Notes: a model not told the origin generated them from the letters alone. Shown: positions 1 through 16,385, counted from the stretch's first letter. The stretch: 59,409 nt of DNA from Macrostomum lignano (GCA_002269645.1 NIVC01003630.1:1-59409), one strand, 5' to 3'. Made by a program: numbers and translations.

Positions 1-346
1 CCTCGAAGGCGATGATTAAAGAAAATTAGTTTAAAAAAGCATCATAGCCTCAATTTATGCTTAAGATTCAATATAAAATATAGTGGATTTTTTTTCATAA
101 ATTTCATCTGTGTTTACATGGTGACATAAACGAGCTATTTATAATTAATAGAGTACGGTTCTAACTGACTCTAGCTAGCCGTCGTCAGCTAAGGCAAAAA
201 TTAGCAAGCCGACTTCTTCCCCGGGATCCGACGCAGCTCTCACTTCAAGATCGCTGTTTGAACCATCTGCCGTGTTTTGTTTGATGAACTGCACGCTGAC
301 CAATTCTGTTGTGGGGCCCATCTTGCAGAGGCTGCAATGTAAAATT

Positions 347-2052
347 ACCAAGGGCTTTAGCACCAAGGGGCTTTAGCACCAAGGGGCTTTAGCACCAAGG
401 GCTTTAGCACCAAGGGGCTTTAGCACCAAGGGGCTTTAGCACCAAGGGGCTTTAGCACCAAGGGGCTTTAGCACCAAGGGGCTTTAGCACCAAGGGGCTT
501 TAGCACCAAGGGGCTTTAGCACCAAGGGGCTTTAGCACCAAGGGGCTTTAGCACCAAGGGGCTTTAGCACCAAGGGGCTTTAGCACCAAGGGGCTTTAGC
601 ACCAAGGGGCTTTAGCACCAAGGGCTTTAGCACCAAGGGGCTTTAGCACCAAGGGGCTTTAGCACCAAGGGGCTTTAGCACCAAGGGGCTTTAGCACCAA
701 GGGGCTTTAGCACCAAGGGCTTTAGCACCAAGGGGCTTTAGCACCAAGGGGCTTTAGCACCAAGGGGCTTTAGCACCAAGGGGCTTTAGCACCAAGGGGC
801 TTTAGCACCAAGGGGCTTTAGCACCAAGGGGCTTTAGCACCAAGGGGCTTTAGCACCAAGGGGCTTTAGCACCAAGGGCTTTAGCACCAAGGGGCTTTAG
901 CACCAAGGGGCTTTAGCACCAAGGGGCTTTAGCACCAAGGGGCTTTAGCACCAAGGGGCTTTAGCACCAAGGGGCTTTAGCACCAAGGGGCTTTAGCACC
1001 AAGGGGCTTTAGCACCAAGGGGCTTTAGCACCAAGGGGCTTTAGCACCAAGGGGCTTTAGCACCAAGGGGCTTTAGCACCAAGGGGCTTTAGCACCAAGG
1101 GGCTTTAGCACCAAGGGGCTTTAGCACCAAGGGGCTTTAGCACCAAGGGGCTTTAGCACCAAGGGCTTTAGCACCAAGGGCTTTAGCACCAAGGGGCTTT
1201 AGCACCAAGGGGCTTTAGCACCAAGGGGCTTTAGCACCAAGGGGCTTTAGCACCAAGGGGCTTTAGCACCAAGGGGCTTTAGCACCAAGGGGCTTTAGCA
1301 CCAAGGGGCTTTAGCACCAAGGGGCTTTAGCACCAAGGGGCTTTAGCACCAAGGGGCTTTAGCACCAAGGGCTTTAGCACCAAGGGGCTTTAGCACCAAG
1401 GGGCTTTAGCACCAAGGGCTTTAGCACCAAGGGGCTTTAGCACCAAGGGGCTTTAGCACCAAGGGGCTTTAGCACCAAGGGGCTTTAGCACCAAGGGGCT
1501 TTAGCACCAAGGGGCTTTAGCACCAAGGGGCTTTAGCACCAAGGGGCTTTAGCACCAAGGGGCTTTAGCACCAAGGGGCTTTAGCACCAAGGGGCTTTAG
1601 CACCAAGGGGCTTTAGCACCAAGGGGCTTTAGCACCAAGGGGCTTTAGCACCAAGGGGCTTTAGCACCAAGGGGCTTTAGCACCAAGGGGCTTTAGCACC
1701 AAGGGGCTTTAGCACCAAGGGGCTTTAGCACCAAGGGGCTTTAGCACCAAGGGGCTTTAGCACCAAGGGGCTTTAGCACCAAGGGGCTTTAGCACCAAGG
1801 GGCTTTAGCACCAAGGGGCTTTAGCACCAAGGGGCTTTAGCACCAAGGGGCTTTAGCACCAAGGGGCTTTAGCACCAAGGGGCTTTAGCACCAAGGGGCT
1901 TTAGCACCAAGGGGCTTTAGCACCAAGGGCTTTAGCACCAAGGGGCTTTAGCACCAAGGGGCTTTAGCACCAAGGGGCTTTAGCACCAAGGGCTTTAGCA
2001 CCAAGGGGCTTTAGCACCAAGGGGCTTTAGCACCAAGGGGCTTTAGCACCAA
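347..2052. repeat. 17-bp tandem satellite (ACCAAGGGGCTTTAGC-type unit), about 100 copies
   Basis: Directly visible. Units are nearly invariant apart from occasional GGG instead of GGGG. Confidence 0.97.
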
Positions 2053-2130
2053 AGGGCGGAAGTTTTTGATCAATATCAACTCCAATTTAATGTATTTGCT
2101 TTAAGTGGACATGCAATGTGCAAACCTACT

Positions 2131-3732
2131 TTAACAGCTGCTGCTGCACTTTTTAACCTCGGGGAACATGCCGTCGCACTTTGTGATATCTGTGACTACA
2201 TTTTGCGTGTTGAGACACTCTCGCTGTCGGACATGCAGGCCAAACGGACCGCATGTACAATTGGACCACTCCATCCACTGTGCCAGGAACCTCGTTCTGA
2301 AATTAAATTATTTTATCTATGCAAGGTACGCTCGTAGAATGTAAACCCGATGGCTGAATTCTTCTCACGTGGGCAATCGTTACTGTCGATGCAGTGGTCG
2401 ATCTGGATCGTTCGTATTCCAATCAGATCAGGGTCTTTACTGTTCATATCGCTGAATCTAAAAAAGACAATTTAGATAGTTTAAACGCCATTTCAATACT
2501 AAGAACGCAAGTTAGGGGAAAAGGGAGAGAGAGGAGATAGGAGAGGGAAGAGAGAAGAGTAGAGAGAAGAGAGAAGAGGGAAGAGAGGAGAGGAGAGGGA
2601 GGGGGTAAGAGGAAGGAAGAGAGATGAGAGGAAAAAGGGGAGAGGAGAGGAGAGAAAGAATAAAGAGTATAGACCAGATGAGAGAGAGAGGAGAGAGGAG
2701 AGAAAGAATAAAGAGTATAGACCAGATGAGAGAGAGAGGAGAGAGGAGAGAAAGAATAAAGAGTATAGACCAGATGAGAGAGAGAGGAGAGAGGAGAGAG
2801 GAGAGAGATAAGAGCAGAGTGGAGAGATGAGAGGAGAGAGGAGAGAGATGAGAGCAGAGTGGAGAGAGGAGAGGAGAGAGGAGAAAGAGATAAGAGCAGA
2901 GTGGAGAGATGAGAGGAGAGAGGAGAGATGAGAGAGGAGAAAGAGATAAGAGCAGAGTGGAGAGAGGAGAGGAGAGAGGAGAGAGAGAGATGAGAGCAGA
3001 GTGGAGAGATGAGAGGAGAGAGATGAGAGCAGAGTGGAGAGAGGAGAGAGGAGAGAGGAGAGAGAGAGATGCGAGCAGAGTGGAGAGATGAGAAGAGAGA
3101 ATTGTCAAAGGACCAAATTTTAATGTTAACGAATTGACTCCAATTTTTTTTTACTTCTATCCTAACTATTAACAAGTTTTTGCTTGAGTATGACCTCAGA
3201 TTTAAGAATGCTTAAAAAAATATTCCCGTGCATTGGGGAATTTAGCGGATTCAAAATCCGCGGGGTTCAACAGCTTGTAAGAGTATATTAATAGTCTTCT
3301 GGAAACGAGAAAGTCTTCGTTTGTCAACAGCCCCCATACGCACCTAAACCTGTCTCCGATTCCGCACTTGTAGTTTTTGCTGGAGCATTGAGTCCACTCC
3401 GACCATTGCAGTTTTCTCCTGTCTTCAACAGCTGATGGCGACGAAGAGGACGTACAGAACAGACCTCTGTCCAGGTAGAGGCAGGTGGTGGTCGTTAAGA
3501 AGCAAGCGACTAAAATAAGAAATATTATTATCAGCAGAATCGTAGCCCAGCGATGCGTTGAGTTCAATAATTGAGACGGCTGTCCCCATTCTTTGCGCAG
3601 GGCCCGGATTCTTGACACGGGCAGCTGGTGCAGCGGAAGTTCTTGCTCTCTTGACATAGTTTTTTTTCTAATATAGCTTTTGCGTTCAAGTTCAGAAAAG
3701 GTTGCGTTCAATTTAAGAGTTCCGTCTGCCAT
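2131..3732 (-). CDS. Type II membrane protein with TSP1 repeats (paralog 1); exons 3732-3344, 2457-2369, 2296-2131; needs a 1-nt frameshift near 2283-2284
   Basis: Exon 1 has a hydrophobic helix (WATILLIIIFLILVACFL) followed by WSEWTQC..CGIGDRFR and a GT donor in phase 2. The 89-nt exon 2 (RFSDMNSKDPDLIGIRTIQIDHCIDSNDCP) has AG/GT ends and runs phase 2 to phase 1. Exon 3 reads QRGSW[shift]AQWMEWSNCTCGPFGLHVRQREC...KKCSSSC*. Exon phases match the paralog at 6986-11356. Confidence 0.72.
2515..3100. repeat. GA-rich low-complexity tract in intron 1 of the TSP1 paralog 1
   Basis: Directly visible purine tract; it generates the spurious Leu/Ser ORFs. Confidence 0.93.
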
Positions 3733-4233
3733 ATATTTCCACTGGCTTCGCTTTATTGTCTATGGCTTTTCTGAAGGATTTTGCGTTCAATTTAAGATCG
3801 CGCCGAGTTAAAAAACAATTCTAATTCTAATATAAAATACGATTGCTTATTTAATCGTTAAAAATTTGTACTATTCTGAGCCGAGAATGTGTTGTCTATG
3901 GTAATTTTTGGAGAGATTATTTGACAAAAACTAGGAGATTATATGATATAATCTCCTCGAAATCAGGAGCATTATTTAAAAATTGAAGTGAACAAGCCAG
4001 CATATTTAGCAACCAACAACTAACACGACAACAAAACTTTGCATACTCAACTAATTGTATGATACGATACAACGACAATAGACTTGACACCTAGACGACG
4101 CCTGTCTGTGACTCGATCGGCGCCGACTTGCTCAGACGATTCACCAGCTGACGCCAAGACAGCGCGAGTTTGCTCAGACGATTCACCAGACGAGACTGAT
4201 GATCCAGACGAGACAGAAACGTTCTGCAGAACA

Positions 4234-4479
4234 TCAGATCCTCGTTGGCTTGAGAACCATAAGTCCCGAATCTTCGCCTGCCAATTGACGGTTGACGCGC
4301 GTCTCTTTCCATAGATTAAAAAACTTCATTGCCCATTTTTCCTTCGCTCTGGTAGCGACAGGCAAACTTTCTTTGATTCTTTTTTCTAGAGCAGCTTCGT
4401 CCAGGGACTCAGCAGAAACTCGAGTTGTCGACTCAATTCCGACAGCAGCGTCAAAATTGACGTCTTCTAAGCCTTCCAT
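4234..4479 (-). pseudogene. N-terminal remnant of a Crypton/DUF3504-type tyrosine recombinase
   Basis: LPVATRAKEKWAMKFFNLWKETR resembles the 'P.xT..xT.WA..xF..W...R' helix found upstream of DUF3504 domains. No catalytic region follows. Confidence 0.55.
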
Positions 4480-4841
4480 ATTGTATTTTTTATTCTATTT
4501 CGAAGAAGAAGCGACTCTAAATTCGGCTTTTACATTTTGCCACCACTGATTGACTGGCTGCTTCGTGACTGTATCTTCGTGAGAAACGTATTTTATTTTT
4601 CTATGGTCGGAATAAAATGGCCTAAGCCTATGTGTCTATCAATCAGATGGGATGCCCCCGAAAAATAAGCAATCGAATTTCATATATGATAAACGCCGTT
4701 TAATTCACCATAGTCTATGGTTAAAATATCCCCGGCTGCAATCAATGGTCCTCGGCTCGCTTTGCTCTCCTCGGGACCATTAAATGCAGCCTCGGACATT
4801 CTAACCACAGAATGTGTATTAAACAACGTTTATTATTTACA

Positions 4842-5280
4842 GAATCTAATTTTTCTGAGTTTCTTGAGTCAAATGGAAATGGAATCGAAGATGAGAAGCT
4901 TTCTTATGTTGCAGGCTGGTTGCTACGCAGACATCTGACTTCTTGTTTGGATGCTCCATGCGGCGAATGCACGTCAGAATCGCAGACTGCTGATAATTCC
5001 TGCAGACTCTTCATCAATTTGAAGAGCATCGCAGAGTCCAGTCTGACTTATCCAAGTGACAAGTTGGTATCTGCCGTCAGGATCATGGAGCAAATCTTTC
5101 TTGGCAGTGACAAATCCTATTTCCAACAGAAAGGCGTTGGCAAAGACCTTCAGCGAAAATTTGCTGCAGCGATTCAGCCCGCCCTCAATCTGCACATTGA
5201 GTCCCATTCGGTAGGTTGTGCAATCAGCTTTGCAGCGCTGTATTGCCGCCTGCGGCTGCACCATTGGTTGGCAACTAATG
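4842..5280 (+). mobile_element. C-terminal fragment of a P-element/THAP9-like transposase
   Basis: LSYVAGWLLRR...CGEC...FINLK...LTYPSDKL...E..F...YCRLRLHHW matches the C-terminal signature of P-family transposases. An AG acceptor lies at about 4841. Confidence 0.65.
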
Positions 5281-5421
5281 ACAGTGCTTTATTGACACTT
5301 GTCCGCTTTTTATCCAACTTTTTGAGTTGCATCACTTCAAAACTTTTCATTCTCCAGTTTACCTGGTTTCTACGTTTCATGTTTTACGTTTCGATTGCTG
5401 GTTTCTGGTTTACTGACTTAC

Positions 5422-6120
5422 TTTTTTGCGATTGAATTCGTCCAAACAGCAAAACCTTTCGTCCACAAACGCTTTCTTAATGGGAACTAAACTTAGATCA
5501 TACCATAGACAACTGTGTTCACGCAAAACGGTTCATCCAGTTTGTAAAACATTTCGTCTAAACCCTTCGCCCAAACAGCTAACAGCTAAACGGAGCGACT
5601 TTATTTGATATCACGAGATATTGAACAAAGCAAAAACAGTGTCTCTTGTTAGAATGTTAGTTCAAAATGTCTTCGTAGTCCAAACAGCGGCCGTAGTAAC
5701 CCACAGTGTGATTGGTCCATTGCTGGCACTTCTCCTGTGTAATCACGTGCAGTGCAGCTTCGACCTCTCTCTTCAAAATGTGCATCCGCCAGGCATGCAG
5801 AGTCAGGTTCGCAGCAGCAGCAGCTTGCCGATTAGAGAGCTAGGGGCCTCGGTTCATCTTCGACTGTTTTGCCGGGTTCAGAATGGAAGATATGCGTTGC
5901 TGTAGCTGTAGTGGTAGCAAAAGCGAACTGTCAATTGGATGTTAACTATGGTAGGAACAGTACACTCGGTCTCTAGTCTAGGGGACGAAATGGTTTACAA
6001 ACTGGATGAACCGTTTTGCGTGAACACAGTTGTCTGTGGTATGATCTAAATTAAGCTCCCATTAAGAAAGCATTGGTGGACGAAAGGTTTTGCAGTTTGG
6101 ACGAATTCAATCGCAAAAAA
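5422..6120. mobile_element. Non-autonomous element of about 700 bp with 137-bp terminal inverted repeats
   Basis: 5422-5558 is the reverse complement of 5984-6120 with roughly 8 mismatches. No clear TSD and no coding capacity. Confidence 0.75.
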
Positions 6121-6985
6121 ATATAATTCAGGCGGTCTTGTGCTACACATTTGAGTTTGAGTAATAGTCTATGGCTACTTATGCTTCTTCATCGGATTAG
6201 TAGTTTGTGCGTATCTCTAACTCTACGCAGTTTAATTTCATAAATTCGCTGATTGAGCATTCTGGGTAAGTTCTGTGGTGTCAGCCACTTAGGGTTTGGC
6301 CATAGACTTAGCAGAAAGCAATTTGGAAATAGCTGCGTTCAATTTGGTTTTGCACAAGAACAGCTCCTGCAAGAGAAATGTTGAGACATGGCACAATCAG
6401 CTTGGTCGACCTTTGGAGAATCTTTAGATAGCCCAAATAAAACGCAGTTTAGACCAAATTGGTTGCTTGCTGGTTATCTGCACATGTCTATGGCAAACTA
6501 TGCCTTTCAGCTTGGCTTGTTTCCGCTGCGTGTGTCGCTCCAAATTGAACGCAAAAACGTATAGTAATCATAAATTTCATCGCGTACTCTTATGTAAGCA
6601 TATCAAACCTATTCAATGAGTCTTGGAGCTCTTTAAAACCCTTTTGATAATTCCTAATCTGTTTTAGAGTCATGGGCCAAGTTTGCCTCATTTAGCTCGT
6701 AAGCGTAATTAGCGGTAACAAAGAAAGTAGAACATTCAACGTTTACACGAGCATTTTTGGTGTCCGCTACTTTTTGCATGTATGTATGAAAAAACATTGG
6801 TTTCAATACAGTTTGTAATATAGTTTACCAAATACAACTTGACTCAAGTTGCGACTACGAGTATAAGCGGGAAAAATGAACAAGTAGATGCAATCCACTG
6901 AGTGAACCATACATTCATCTGAATTGGAATGCCGCGTTTTAAAACGAAAAAGTTAACCAATCATATTTAGCTCGCTCAGCTGCCT

Positions 6986-11356
<4,371 letters not shown>

Positions 11357-11704
11357 GCTTACAAGTAATCAATTGTTGCGAGAGTCAATCTTTGAAATTC
11401 AAACTAATTATGGAAGCATTAATTATGAGGAAAGACGAAATCGCAGTAATTGCAGCCATAGACACGTACGTATAGCAAAATTACGCGATTTTTTGTAATT
11501 CCTGCTTGATTTTGCGGGCAAAACTGCTTAAGAAATGGCCCATTCTCTGCCCGATATCGGGCTGGGCCATAGACGAAGCTGAAACGATTTTATTTAAAAC
11601 GTTAAAAGTGCAACATTACAAAGAGGACAACAGTAACGATTTAATATAGTCATGTGGTGCAACCCACGCCGTCTTTACAGTACATGGCGTTCAGAGGTAC
11701 TCAC

Positions 11705-12549
11705 TTATAGGAAAAATAGAACACGGGATCCATTTTTCTCAAGCACTGCAGTCGGCAGAACTCCATTAAAGTCCCTTTGTTCGCAGTCAGTATCAGATAC
11801 TTTTGGGTCGCCACGCTCAACGCTAAAATCAGGCGATTGGAGTGGGACGTCGCTCGTGACTCGTTTAACGATTGGACCAGGCGGCGAAGAATCCATTGTC
11901 AGAGCATCGGACAGTTGACGCTTCTTCCCTGGCGAGATCCGCTTTGTGTACCTCTGAACCGACTCTGGCCTCTTGTGAACGGTAACACATTGAATGTCGC
12001 CAGCAGAAATGCCCTTGTTTGCTAGTGTCGTGACAACCGTAGCACGAAGACAATGATTGGTGTAGGTCTGTGATAGATTCGCTCTTGTAGAAATCCGAGC
12101 CATCATGTCGTTCAGGGTGTTTTTACCGAGCACTTGCGTTGCACTGAACCACTGTACCGAGGAGAACTTTAACAGAGGTCTTGGAAACAAATCACTCACA
12201 CTAGGGGCAACAAGCTGATATACTTGCGCACGGCAGCAACAGGACAAGTTAATGGGTTATTAGTGGCGTACATCTTAATCTGCTTTCCTGTACATGGGTC
12301 AGCAGCGTTGGTTGTCTTCTCTTTACCAGCCAATACCAAATCAATACACTCAGTCCCAGCCTCCTCGGAGAAGACAATAGCGTCCTTCGTCAGTTGGCGA
12401 AGCCACTCACGCCCTCTGAAGCCAAAATGCGTACACAGCTTGTAGAAAACCTCGTCCTGTAGTTTTACCGGTCGAACTCTGGGACGAACGTATGGTAGTA
12501 CGCGTTGTTTTATTCTAATGATGAGGACGCACTTTTTCCCAAATCCCAC
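11705..12549 (-). pseudogene. Crypton/DUF3504-type tyrosine recombinase, copy A, frameshifted (G4 instead of G5 near 12198-12201)
   Basis: The two ORFs 12196-12549 and 11705-12247 join to give the 281-aa ORF of copy B, with FGFRGRE, YTNHCLRAT, TVHK and QRY motifs. Confidence 0.82.
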
Positions 12550-13526
12550 GCTAGCACATGGGCTCTAAACTTACTAGCCTACTGACAGCAGGCTAATGGC
12601 ATTTTTATTCTTTTTCTGCGAATTGTCCTAGAATCTATACTAGATATAATGTCTGGTCATACTAGTAGTCATAATAACATAGGCGCAGCTTTTTGGGTCG
12701 TAAATCATCGCTTTCAAAGTTTGTCTGACAGCCACCTGCGCCTCACTCAGTGTTGAGGCTGGCGCCAGATGGTCTGGGAGGATGCTGGCGGTAGCTTTTT
12801 TCTCATCATTTTGACAGGCCATCAAGATTTATGAGGTCAGAGCCTATTGTTCGTGTTCACTCAAGCGTATGACAGCTTTGACAGCTATGCGTCTTACCCC
12901 TAAAAGTACCTTGGGATTAGCGATTAGTGATTTCTCTTCATTATCTTCACTTTCTATTTAATAAGAGCTTTCTAATGTATATTTTTTCATTAATTTCTGT
13001 CAATCCTACGCGAAAGGTCATAAATCATTTTTCTGATCTGTTGCATCACTTCAAAACTTTTCATTCTCCAGTTTACCTGGTTTCTACGTTTCATGTTTTA
13101 CGTTTCGATTGCTGGTTTCTGGTTTACTGACTTACTTTTTTGCGATTGAATTCGTCCAAACAGCAAAACCTTTCGTCCACAAACGCTTTCTTAATGGGAA
13201 CTAAACTTAGATCATACCATAGACAACTGTGTTCACGCAAAACGGTTCATCCAGTTTGTAAAACATTTCGTCTAAACCCTTCGCCCAAACAGCTAACAGC
13301 TAAACGGAGCGACTTTATTTGATATCACGAGATATTGAACAAAGCAAAAACAGTGTCTCTTGTTAGAATGTTAGTTCAAAACTAGCAATCTTCGCCCCCC
13401 GATGGGGGACATCTGGATAGAATCTCTGTTTTCTAAAGTAACAAAAAGACAGCCAAAAATCCTTCAAAAAGACAACAGACAAACTGCTCAAATGAAGTGC
13501 ATTGCAAAAAGAAATCATCCCAAGAC

Positions 13527-14020
13527 TGCAAGCATCCCCCAGATAGCAAGCATCCCCTAGATAGCAAGCATCCCCAAGATGGCAAGCATCCCCCAGATAG
13601 CAAGCATCCCCCAGATTGCAAGCATCCCCCAGATAGCAAGCATCCCCAAGATAGCAAGCATCCCTCAGATAGCAAGCATCCCCCAGATAGCAAGCATCCC
13701 CCAGATAGCAAGCATCCCCCAGATAGCAAGCATCCCCCAGATAGCAAGCATCCCCCAGAAAGCAAGCATCCCTCAGATAGCAAGCATCCCCCAGATAGCA
13801 AGCATCCCCCAGATAGCAAGCATCCCCAGATAGCAAGCATCCCCCAGATAGCAAGCATCCCCCAGATAGCAAGCATCCCCCAGATAGCAAGCATCCCCCA
13901 GATAGCAAGCATCCCCCAGATAGCAAGCATCCCCCAGATAGCAAGCATCCCCCAGATAGCAAGCATCCCCCAGATAGCAAGCATCCCCAAGATAGATAGC
14001 ATCCCCAAATAGCAAGCATC
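13527..14020. repeat. 18-bp tandem array (AGATAGCAAGCATCCCCC) inside the Helitron
   Basis: Directly visible. Confidence 0.96.
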
Positions 14021-14104
14021 CACCAGACAATAAGTAGCTAGTGCGACAATTTCCTTAGCATTATAGCGGCTCCTTTAAAATTCGCTTACTTTTACGTTTG
14101 AAAT

Positions 14105-16340
14105 TGTGTATCTTTTTATGTTTAACAGGGTGGCTCTTTTATGTTCTACGCTCGTACATGGTAACTCTTTTATGTTTGATACGGTGGCTTTTCAATGTCT
14201 GACATAGTGGCTCTTCTATGTTTGACATGGGGGCTCTTCTATGTTTGACATGGGGGCTCTTCTATGTTTGACATGGGGGCTCTTCTATGTTTGACATGGG
14301 GGCTCTTCTATGTTTGACAAAGTGGCTTTTTAATGTTCAAAAAGGTGGCTCTTTTATGTTTGACATGGTGGCTCTTTAATGTTTGACATGGTGGCTCTTT
14401 AATGTTTGACATGGTGGCTCTTTAATGTTAGACAAAGTAGCTCTTTAATGTTTGACATGGTGGCTCTTTAATGTTAGACAAAGTAGCTCTTTAATGTTTG
14501 ACATGATGGCTCTTTAATGATAGACATGGTGGCTCTTTAATTTTTGACATGGTGGCTCTTTAATGTTGGACATGGTGGCTCTTTAATGTTAGACATGGTG
14601 GCTCTTTAATGTTCGACATAAAGTCACTTATATGTTTGACATGATGGCTCTTTTATGTTTAACATGGTGGCTCTTTAATGTTTGACATGGTAGCTCTTTT
14701 ATGTTCGACATGGTGGCTCTTTAATGTTCGACATGGTGGCTCTTTTATGTTCGACATGGTGTCGCTTCAATGTTTGACATGGAGTTACGTATATGTTTGA
14801 CATGGTGGCTCTTTAATGTTTTACATGGTGGCACTTTCATGTTTGACCTGGTGGCTCTTAAATGTTTGACATGGTGGCTCTGTAATGTTTGACATGGTGT
14901 CTCTTTAACGTTTGACATAGAGTCATGTATATGTTTGACATGGTGGCTCTTAAATGTTTGACATGGTGGCTCTTTAATATTTGACATGGTGGCCCTTTTA
15001 TGTTCGACATGGTGGCTCTTTAATGTTTGACATGGAGTCATATATATGTTTGACCTGGTGGCTCTTGTATTTTTAACACGTTGGCTCTTTAATGTTCGAC
15101 ATGGTGGCTCTTAAATGTCTAACATGGAGTCACGTATATGTTTGACATGGAGTCATGTATATGTCTGGTATGGTAGCTCTTTAATGTTTTACATGGAGTC
15201 ACCTATATGTTTCACATGGTGGCTATTTTATGTTTGACATGGTGCTTCTTAAATGTTCGACATGGTGGCTCTTTAATGTTTTACATGGTGGCACTTTCAT
15301 GTTTGACCTGGTGGCTCTTTAATGTTTGACATGGTGGCTCTTTAATATTTGACATGGTGGCCCTTTTATGTTCGACATGGTGGCTCTTTAATGTTTGACA
15401 TGGAGTCATGTATATGTTTGACCTGGTGGCTCTTTAATGTTTGACATGGTGGCTCTTTAATGTTTTACATGGTGGCACTTTCATGTTTGACCTGGTGGCT
15501 CTTTAATGTTTGACATGGTGGCTCTTTAATATTTGACATGGTGGCCCTTTTATGTTCGACATGGTGGCTCTATAATGTTTGACATGGAGTCATGTATATG
15601 TTTGACCTGGTGGCACTTTCATGTTTGACCTGGTGGCTCTTTAATGTTTGACATGGTGGCTTTTTAATATTTGACATGGTGGCACTTTCATGTTTGACCT
15701 GGTGGGTCTTTAATGTTTGACATGGTACCTCTTTTATGTTCGACATGGTGGCTCTTTAATGTTTTACATGGTGGCTCTTTAATGTTTGACATGGTGGCTC
15801 TTTAATGTTTGATAAGGTGGCTCTTTAATGTTTGACATTGTGGCTCTTTAATATTTGACAAGGTGGCTCTTTAATGTTTAAAATGGTGGCTCTTTAATTT
15901 TCGAAATGGTGGCTGTTTTATGTTTGACATGGTGGCTCTTTAATGTTCGACATGGTGGCTCTTTAATGTTCTTAATGGTGTCTGTTTTATGTTTGACCTG
16001 GCGGCTCTTTAATGTTTGACATGGTAACTCTTTTAGGTTTGAAATGGTGTCTCTTTAATGTTTGCCATTGTGGCTCTTTAATGTTTGACATGGTGGCTTT
16101 TTAATGTTCGACATGGTGGCTCTTTTAGGTTTGAAATGGTGGCTCTTTAATGTTTGACATTGTGGCTCTTTAATGTTCGACATGGTGGCTCTTTAATGTT
16201 TGACATTGTGGCTCTTGTATGTTTGATATGGTGGCTCTTTTACGTTCGACATGGTGGCTCTTTAATGTTTGACATTGTGGCTCTTTAATGTTTGAAATGG
16301 TGGCTCTTTAATGTTTCGACATGGTGGCTCTTTAATGTTG
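14105..16340. repeat. 23-bp tandem array (GCTCTTTAATGTTTGACATGGTG) inside the Helitron, with higher-order variants
   Basis: Directly visible, roughly 95 degenerate units. Confidence 0.96.
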
Positions 16341-16385
16341 AGAATTTTGTGTTTTTTAACGTGTTTTAATAAAAAAAACATTTTT

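Noticed and set aside
175-331. Possible fourth exon of TSP1 paralog 1 (AG acceptor at 332-333; NWSACSS in one frame)
   Set aside because: The upstream exon already ends in TAA and no single frame gives a complete TSP1 repeat; at best a decayed exon.
12640-12825. 61-aa ORF as an independent gene (also 23894-24079)
   Set aside because: More likely degenerate upstream recombinase sequence; too weak to call.
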